A stretch of DNA of 64,000 nucleotides, taken from Orbicella franksi. Lineage: Eukaryota. The translations under genes were made by a program, and so were the position numbers. Positions 36,401 through 46,298 of the stretch are shown piece after piece. Under the pieces are notes generated by a model. That model was given only the letters and a program-made list of their open reading frames with translations, was not told the DNA's origin and searched no databases. The stretch lies in the NCBI GenBank assembly GCA_964199315.1, contig OZ116701.1, positions 10,540,001 through 10,604,000 on the forward strand. The letters are read 5' to 3'. Each line of letters begins with the position of its first letter. Positions within the stretch are counted from its first letter, which is position 1.

Positions 36401-39400
36401 TGTAGAATGAAGGTGTGATGCATATTATATCTCTACTAATTATTCTCGGTGTTTTCACTTTTTTAGGGGTCATTCTCTCTCGTCGTGGCTGCAAAACATA
36501 AAGGTAAGATACAGTTTCTTATCTTAGTGTACCAAACTTTAATTAAAGATTAATCGCGAAGTTTCTTGACAGCAGACTGGTCCTTGCGTTGAATCTTGGA
36601 ATTTCGAACTAAAACAGTTCTGGTATGTCGTTTAGTGAGGCTAATAAAAGTGTTTATCATGCGGGAATGATGGATCCGCGATAACCTTATAGTGCTACTA
36701 GACGTTTTGATGACTGCGTGGATTAAAATAAATTTGTGTCCCATCCCTTAAGAAGGGTCACATCGGCACGCGAGAGGTTATCTCTAGCAGCCAGATTTCA
36801 TGAGCGGTGTGATCATTATAGACCGCTTACACTTACTCAGAACATCAAATAATAAACTAGCGCTTTCGACGACTGGAATACTATTTCATTTTAGGAGATG
36901 TGTAGATAACAGATACAGAAAGGGGGGAGTTGTCCCAAAAAATAGAACGTGAGCGCCCGGTTTTTTGGCTTGAATTCTTGCCTGTCCTTAGGTAAAGCTA
37001 ACAATTTTAAAAAGAAAAACGCCATTGACGGTCAAGTACACTCCGATGGTCTTCTGAAAATCACACGGGTTGAGCGTAAAAAAATGGTACGATAACATTT
37101 GTTTTTTGATGAAACCCGCGTCGAATAGTTGTTTATCTAATTTAGCCAGTGTTGACTTAATTCGCATGCTAAACACGCGAACTTTACCTCCAAGTTAGCC
37201 TTGATGTGTGGGTAAATGCCTTCTTTTGAACATTCAAATGTATCTTGTATTAGCAAAGAAAATTCCTTGGGATTATCAATTTTATAAAAAAATCCACACT
37301 TAGCTTTCTTAACCCGTATGATCGCCCCACGTCGCATCGCGATAATGGCGAGATAATGATACCTGGACAAACCGCTTTAAGCCCGTGATCGCAAAGAGAA
37401 ACAAAGAACCGCAGCGTTTGAGGAGTCAAATGAGACGTAATGTATTGATAACCTTTTGTGTCATCGCATTGTTGTACTGTTTGGCGGGGCGTACATTGCC
37501 TCACCGTATCTCCGAATCGATAAGGTTAATCCTCGCTATTGCCTCGTTATCTTATCTTCCATCAAAATATTGGGCTTTAGCTTGGACAAGCCTCCAGAAT
37601 GGAACCGATTCGTTGTTAGTTCGTTTGCTATTTTCGGGGCACGCTTAGTTGTCCGTGTGCGTTCTTAAGTGAAGGCTGGGAGCTGGACAAGTGTTCATTT
37701 CTTAGAGGATAACGCTGCCATTGTAAACAAGCACTTCAGTTAACAGACAAGTTTGTGAGAGATAGGTGAAACTCGCTGCCCTCCTTAACCCCGATTTTTC
37801 GTTCTGGGCTTCAACTTTGAGGAATTTCCATCGACTAAACGCAGCCTTGTTTTTTAGAGTGGGCAATTAGGGACTTTTCTTCATTGGCTATCATTCATTA
37901 CTCTATCCTAACGCCATTTACTTGGCATGGTTAACCTATTTCTCTGTTACATTTCCGTTTTAAGACGTGAACTAGTGATCCGATAGTCTAGAATTTCTAA
38001 GATAATTGTTCAGACAGGACTGGGTTATACAGCTTAACTCGATAGCCTTAAATGGAGCTTTAGAGTATTATCCAGCTCAGGAAAAAGGCAATTATAGGTT
38101 TTAAGAGATTTCAATTTCTTTGGCGCCTCAACGGATCGAATTGCTCTTTTCACCGAGCAGCGTGTCTACGCGAAATCAATCTAGGTTTAGATACTTAAAG
38201 CCTATTCTTTGTGAAGTTTGTTCCAGCTCAGGAAAAAGGCAATTATAAGTTATAATAGTTTAAATTTCTTTGGCGTCTCAACGGATCGAATTGCTCTGCA
38301 CACCGAACAGCGTGTCAACGCGAAATCAATCTAGATTTACACACTTAAAAACTTATTCTTTGTGAAGTTAGTTCCTTCCGTACTTCAACTTTATGCCGGG
38401 GAAGATTGTCGAATTATTTGACATTTGAGTGCTTAATGTTTGTAAACGCTTAAACGGTGGGAGGCAGATTCCCCCAAACAAATATCACTAGAAATTCACT
38501 TGCTACAGTCGTCGAATTTGGGAACACTGCTAAATATGAGATATTCTTTTCGGTCGCGGCGATAGTTCATATAGCCAAGGCAAATACCATTCTTATAAAT
38601 GAATGGTGGTTTAGCAAGCCCGTCTCGTTCAGAAATTTGCTCGGGCATGGCCTTGAATAATGGTTCCTGTCTATATAATGCAAGGCAAGAAGACAATTAC
38701 TCATTGTTGAAGTGGCAGTTTCCATGAATTTTATCCACTTTTTCAAGCTGTACGTTTTGATCCGTTTTCTTTAAACCCTAGTCGCGTTTTTGAAAAAGAA
38801 ACCGTCGTGGTAGTGTCTCTGGTGAAATGATGTTTCTGGCGCCAAGTTTCCTAGCAGGAGGAAGTTATGACTAAAGTAGATACTTTGTGAAACGATTGTT
38901 TCTATTGTGTTTGCACAACACAATCAAAAACCGGAAGACAGGTCGATCAAGTTAGTTGTGTCACCTAACATGTACGCGTAATGTTTGTATTGACTGTATT
39001 CCTGTAGCTTGTTAAATCAATTGTCGAATTCTTGCCTCTGGTTCTGTGTGAACATATTTATTCAGCTGCCATGAGAAAGCATCACGCCCACTGAGTTTCA
39101 AAGTGTTTGTGCACGCACACGATTTTACCACATGAATAGTGTTGTGTTTCTTTATTCCGTACCCACAATTATTCGCTTTAATGCGATAATATGTTTTAGA
39201 TTGAATCCGTATTGTGCAAGCTTGGCAGTTTGCGTATGGATGCTGATAGCTCGGGGAGCAAAAGTTCTTCGTCTCCCTTATCATCTGGAATGAGTTAGTT
39301 TTCAAACGATTAGCATTCATTCTCCAGACCTGAAACGACATTAGTGGACCTCAATAAAATGCCATTTTAGCAGAACTGGTAAACTTAGCCTGTACTAGTT

Positions 39401-42400
39401 GAACTTTGTTTCCCGACCTGCATCTCTCAGTCAAGCAGCGAGACCTGTTTCTTCCAGGACCCGTGTGGCAATCTAGCTTTCTTTCCTCATTATGCTGTCT
39501 CTTAATACTCGATTAGGGGCTGGCGTCAATTCAAAGGCGCCAGTGATCATTTTCCACGAGAAATCTGGCCAAATAATGGACACTTCGTATTATCGAGTTT
39601 CCGCTGCTAATTAGAAACGAATGTAACCTTGTAAGTGCGATTACGATCGTGTTTGACAAATTTCAAGCTGACTTGATCTCAATCCCTTTTAGGCATGCTG
39701 GGTGGCTTTTTTTCACCCGCTCGTTTGCACGCACTGTAGGTGCCGTTGCTAATCTCTTTGTATTGCGTTATACTCTGTGGTACAACTGTTAAACGGGAAC
39801 GGCGGTCTTCCCGATATCTCACTATGACAATAATTAAGCGTTGGCTTTACGACGTTTGCTAAGCTATAATTGCGCAACTTGCTCTCAACCAATCCAACGT
39901 TGGTGCTGTCTTTTCAACCAATCAAGTGCTATAATCCCCTCTGCTCTGCACAACTTTTCCCGCGCTAACTAGCCATTGGTTCCACTTGTCACAAGTAAAC
40001 ATATCTCGAGTTTTGATTGGTTTGTTGTACTCAGCCAGTAGCCGACAACCGCTCTAGCTACATAACTTTGTTGTTCATCTCTTTCAGGAGTTAACTCGTC
40101 AGTGCTAATTGAACAAGTCGTTGTTGAAAGACAGTCCCTATTGCCCGGTCCGCACTGGCATAATGTCAGCCACGTGGGTGAAGTGGCCAATATAACGTTC
40201 TCGTACAGAGTGATATGCCAGCAGAATTATTATGGAGACACGTGTTCCAAGATCTGTATTCCGCGAGATGATCAGCTCGGCCATCACACCTGTGACAGCA
40301 ACGGCACGAGGGTCTGTTTACCAGGATGGAGAGGAAATTACTGCGATAAAGGTACCGTTGACTTATTTAAAGGAGCACAGCCACTGTATTTTGAGTTATG
40401 TTGGCCAGGTACATAACAAAAACACCTTTAAATTGAAGAAAACCTCACAATAGTATTTTACTAAGGTAGAAAAACACCAAATAGATAATAATAAACCATA
40501 AAGGAACAGGGGTGGTCAAGGATGGAGAAGATTAACGCTGATTACAAACGGTGAACTTGAACAATTTAGGCTAAACTTTTGAAGATGTGCAAACCGTGAC
40601 GTAGCTTTTGCCATGGTTCTCTGTGTCTTGACATGTTTTCTGAAATAACCTACAGTACCTGATAGTAAATGGACTTTTAAGAGCTCGGTGCAGTATCATA
40701 CTATTTGCCAGGTGTAAAAACTATGTGAGACCGGAGTCGAGGTAGCGCTGGGTTCAAGCAACCTTCTTGCCCGCTGGTACAAAGTTTAAAATAGTTCGGG
40801 ATGGTTCATTCAAGGCTGACGGAGATCTCGATTTACAATTTTAGCCTGAACAAATGAAGCACAATTGCTGGCTGTTGCTTTTATTCAACAATGTTGAAGA
40901 GCTGTTTAGAGCGGTTTTTATTTCAGTGTCGAAAGTTATCAGGCAATTACTGGCTGAAATAGTCTTATTGGTAAATGACTGGTTTGGTTTCGGTTTTACG
41001 ACACTCGATTGAAAACCGCTCTAAGAGAAAAGAAAAAAAACGGTACAATAAAAGCAGAGAAGTCAGAAGAGTTACTTGCTCCCTGTGCTTTGCTATCGAA
41101 AACTCATTGTCAACTTTTTCTTCTGCTTAAAACGATAAACATCACTTGAGTGGAACAACTAATCAATTAATGCGTTTTGTATCAAGGCGTTGTTAAACCT
41201 GAAAGGAAAGTGTCGAGCTGCCTTTTAGAGAACTGGCTAGCCCTGAGTTCTCAAGAAAGCTATCACTTGAACTTCCCTAGCTTGCGAGCGAAGACCGACA
41301 ATTCGCGATTTTGTACTGAACTTACTGCACACCACTCTAAACCGCCTCTCCTAATAACTATTTTCTTTCTATATTTTTTTAAACTACTTTCTTTGATGGT
41401 TTGTATAAAAAGCCCCTTTCAGTTCAGCACAACACCGTACCGTTCCCACGCGGCCAAAATTGGATCATGCGCAATTACGTTTGAGGTCTCCACTAAACGT
41501 CTCTGTGACACAAAGAATTGCAACAGGAGAAATTTCACAGCTATAAACGGTTTCCAAACATGGACTTTTTAGGTAGTCTTGTAGGTTAATTGGAAAATGT
41601 TCAGTGTCATGATTTTACAATAGCGTTACCATTTTGCGCTTTTAGAAGGTTCGCAAGGTGAACTTTGTATCAACGACTTCGATTGTTTTCGTCGATAGTT
41701 TCCGTGCGGAGTGTTTTGCCCTGTAACTCTTCTTTTTCCTCGGCGATAAGATGTTTGGCCTTTAGCCATATAAAGATCCCTTTTGCTATCTAATCGCCGC
41801 GTCTCTACTGATAAAGCCAGGTATACTATCACTTGTTTATGGTTGCACTTTTATCTTTCCTAAACGTTGATTGTAAAGCAACAATAGCGCGCTTAACTTC
41901 ATAGAAAACCTGTGATGGATATGCGACATCGCTGTCGAATACCTGCAGGCGAAGGAGACAATTTAACGGTCGCGTTACGTAAATGTTAGGACAGCTGGTC
42001 GTTTCTAGCATGTGCCAAAAATGTTTTACATTGTGGGAAATATTCGTTGAGTTAGTTTCAATTCGCCTGAGAACTGTGATTAGTATGCGCTCTCACGTTG
42101 CTCAGCGAAGTGTGGAACCCAAACACGGAACATCAGTAGACCGTAAAATCAACAATATTTGAATGTTTTCAGCCGGCTTCGTATGTATTGTTTAAGGTCG
42201 CCCCTGATGATCACTTATGTGTGAAGGAGCACGACAAGCTTATTGTTTATTGTTGATTCATAATCTAACTTGCGTGCTCTCGATTCGCGACGTTGCGCTT
42301 ACAGTGGACAGGTCTCCCGCTGTTTGCCCTTATCTGCCAGCACAGAGATCTTTATATGTGGCCTTTGGTTGTACAAGACCTCTTTTTGAAAGCTGCAATT

Positions 42401-45400
42401 TGTTTAACGTTTAGCATCAGCAGGTGTTAAGGAGGTTGTTTTCTGCAGCTGGCGGGAGCGCGTGACAAGGTTGAAACGTGAGCTACGTGCGAGGAGATAA
42501 ACATCAAAACGTTTCTGGTTCGGCATTTTGTTTAAGGTTCGTACGGCTTCGTAGATCGTCGGTGATAATCGATCGAGCCCGAGCCCACTCTCCGGACGGA
42601 TAGCGCACCATGAAAAATTTAGTCTAAATTCTCAATTTCTTCTGTAATTTCATTTAATCCTCTATATCTTAACTGCCCTTTCTTCTTTTTGTCTATTATT
42701 AGTTCTTTTTTGTCTTTCTACCGTGGAATATTATTTTGAGTTTTCTTGTATTATAAACTAATTTTCTGCATCGCAAAACATGACTTCTCCTGATAATTGC
42801 CTCTAAACCTACTTTAAGAAGAACTCTACTATTTCGCTAAATGTTATGTTATCAGAGTCCCTCATTCTTCACTCCCTCCCCTCCCACAAGCACCATTGTG
42901 GCATTGTCCCTTGCTTTATCACCCCCATCTCGTCCCATGGTTGCGTAGCCTTTCTAGCAGTACCAGAAGTGTTTTCTGTGTTGTTAGTAACAGATCATAT
43001 TCTTCTGTTGTTCTTTCAGCAATTTGCGAGGGATGTGACACCTCGCACGGATCTTGCATTAAGCCTAACCATTGCAAGTAAGACAATGTTTCTGTGCCTT
43101 TTTTTGTTGACTTTACAGCCTTGTGCACAAGTTGCCACGAGTTATCTTGTGCATTAGCGGTAGAATAACGACACACTACCTTGGATCGTTACAGCTATTC
43201 TTGATTCTTAGGCCTTGTCCACTCTAATGCGTTTTTGTGTGAAAACGGATACGTTTTGATGCATTTTCTCCCATTGTCCACACTAAAACGCCCGAAAACG
43301 CTGATGAAAACGGAGACTTTCGAAAACGGTTTCAAAAGCGGAGTATATTGAAAACGCCCCATTTCTTGTGTGGAGGGGTGAAAACGGAGGCTTCTGAAAA
43401 CGGTGACGAAGTAAGCGTCATATACTGTCGCTTCACTTAGCGTTTTCAGGCGTTTTCGTGCGGACGACAGGCGAAAACGCCTCAAAAAGCGTGAGTTTTC
43501 GAATGAAAACGCATTAGTGTGGACAGGTGAAAACAAAAGGAAAGCACTAGTGTGGGCGAAAATATATTGCTTCGTTTTCTTCGAGATGAAAACAGGGGCT
43601 CTTCAGAAGAAACTAACATTCAACATGTGTTGCTCCTGTTTGCAGATGTCAATCTGGATGGCAAGGTTCAAACTGCACGGAGTGTGAAGTGTACCCTGGA
43701 TGCCTTCATGGTACTTGTAACAAGCCATGGCAATGTCATTGTATTAACGGCTGGGGCGGAGTTCTTTGCGATCGAGGTAAGATTCTCTAACCAATCAGAG
43801 CGAAGCTGTTGTACTTTTGACTAATCACAAGCCCAGTCGTCTCGACTTTTCCCGCGCTTTCTAAAGGTATTATATTTTCCCGCGCTTAGCACCATTCTGA
43901 TGTTTCCCATCTTTGCCACTAGTTTTATGTTTTTTCTTCCAGTGTTCATTTGTTTTTTTTGTTTTTGTTTTTTTTTTTTTACGTATGAAACGCATAGCTG
44001 TGTACGTTTAACTAATTTAGCGACCTGTTTGAAGGAATTAGCGTTATACGCTGTGACTCAAACCACTGAGATCTCTGCTCTCCGTGTTTCTTTCAGATTT
44101 GGAATATTGCACCCGACGAAAACCTTGTAAGAATGGGGCTACGTGCACAAATATTGGTGCGGGGGGGTATTCCTGTGCCTGCAAAGACGGCTACACTGGA
44201 CAAAACTGTGACCAAGGTGAGCTGTTTAAAGAGGTTACTTAAAAAGCGCGCAAACATGGTACGAAATAAAGTGTTACCAATGTACTAATTTTGATTTCAG
44301 TTTTGTAACTTTTCGGTGAGGTTTTTCTGTTTAGACATTTTGTCCTTCAGTTTTTCAGCTTTAGTGATAACCCTAACCCAAACCCCTTAGAAGTGAAATA
44401 TATTTTTATACAAGGAAAATTAAAACTTCGGTTAGCTTTAGTCTTGGGTTAGCGTTAACCAGCTTTTAAGCAACCCGGCCCAGGTTTGCAACGGGTTAAT
44501 TCCTGCTATCATTTTACAACAAATCAAGCTGAATTTTCTATTGGTTATTTAATGGCGCATTTGTCTTTTTTGTCTTTCAGAAATAGACGAATGTTCAAGC
44601 AACCCGTGCTTACACGGAGGAACGTGTACGGTAAGAGATTCACCTCAAAGAATTTATAGACAAATCTTATCAACGCGTGAATCCCTCATTCACGGATCTG
44701 ATTTTTTACATTTTCACGTCTTTCTTTAGGATCTAATAGGAGATTACAACTGTTCGTGTCCCGAGGGATTCGGCGGGAAACAGTGCTATCCCGAATGTGT
44801 GCCTGGTGCATGCAAAAACGGCGGGTCTTGCATTCATGGACCCCGTGGGTACACGTGCCTTTGTTCAGAGGGATTTACCGGAGACAGCTGCGAAAAAGTA
44901 ATCCCGACAGATCCCGCAACTACACCCGGGACTACGCGTCCAAGTAAAACAAATGCAACCGTTGATGACTATAATACGACGACAACAAATCCCGTTGCAA
45001 ACACTACTGTTGGTAAATATTTGAAACATTTGTAGTTATTGTTTTACCGCAATTAAACCGCATTTGAACCACAGAGGAGCCGCGCGCACTCAAAAGAGGT
45101 TTTAGTAAAATGAGTCCATATGCGGTTGTATCGTAGCTTATCGAGTTTTTCCGCAGTTAAACCGCATTTTGACCGCAGATGTGCCGCGCGAACCCATTAG
45201 ACGTTTTAGCAGGATAAGTTTAGCAAGTTATCTTGCTTTGTCGCACCAGTACCTTCTGTGGTGAATTTAAAACAACCTACATTTAAACGAATGCGTGAAT
45301 GTCTATGAAGTATAGGAAAGTGTTTCGTGGCAATACTTTCAGTGTTGACGATGTAAGCGAACTTCTAGCGTTTAAAAGTTATATGCAGTGGCTAAGATAA

Positions 45401-46253
45401 TTCAATGTTTCGCTATTTCTCATGAGTAAGGTTACTCATTTCGTATATGGCTGAATATTAACTGAGCTTTTCTCTTCTTTACAGAGCAATCCCACAACGA
45501 TAGCAGAGGAACAGGTGAGATGACATTTTTATCTGTCATTGCGACTCCTGCGTTTTCTTTTCGTGTTAGTCTCTTCCCTGACATCTCTAATCTGTTTATT
45601 TATTTATTTTTTTTCAATCGACGGATGTTTTATTTGCCAAAACTGTAACAAATGTTCTGACTGTTGTATGGAATGGAAGTTACACATGGGAAGTAGCTTG
45701 CAAAGGTCTGCAAGATACAATTGAATGCCACTATCTCGAACCCTCAAGGGAAAGGGGAAAAGGTTCGAGATACCAATAGAAAATTAATAAATTAAGAGGA
45801 AATGATTTAAGCTTGAAATAGCGGGGAGGTCGAGATGACAAAGATCGAGATAGTGAGGTTCTACTGGAAGTCGTTATACTGCGCTTAAAGGAGCTCAGTC
45901 ACAGTATTTTGAGTTATTTTGATCACAAACAAAATTACCTTTAAATGGTGGGAAACCTAAGAATAACAATTAAATAAGGTAGAAAAACACCAAAGAGATA
46001 ACGATAAACCATAAAGGAACAAGGATGGCTAAGGATGGAGAAGATTGACACGGATTACAAACAACGATTTTGAAAAATTGAGGCTAAACTTTTCAATATG
46101 TGCAAACCGTGAGTGAGCTCCTTTAAGGTCTGACCAAACGTGCGCAAGATTTCAACGCGATATATTGCAGCAATGTCCGTCACGCTCAACACGTCGCCAC
46201 CCTTTCGCGCCATCCAACGCACTGCAACATATCGCAACAACGACAATCTTGCA

Positions 46254-46298
<45 letters not shown>

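Noticed and set aside
41177-41572. 131-aa plus-strand ORF in Delta intron 4
   Set aside because: Non-ATG start, crosses a T-rich low-complexity tract, no domain features.
8099-42039. Su(H)/CSL sites YGTGRGAA around Delta (8099, 12328, 14799, 19501, 22817, 25649, 35207, 41443, 42032)
   Set aside because: About nine found by eye versus roughly eight expected by chance in 64 kb; no paired head-to-head site seen.
42415-42452. Two proneural-type E-boxes (GCAGGTG, GCAGCTG) in Delta intron 4
   Set aside because: Plausible for a Delta enhancer, but such 7-mers occur throughout the window; not distinguishable from chance without conservation data.
43195-43536. 113-aa minus ORF and the similar ORF at 52689-52898
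   Set aside because: Both are translations of the same MITE family with no transposase motifs; the CTGATGA...GAAA inside has no hammerhead stems.
44348-44366. Interstitial telomere-like taaccctaacccaaaccc
   Set aside because: Only about two imperfect units, inside a MITE remnant.
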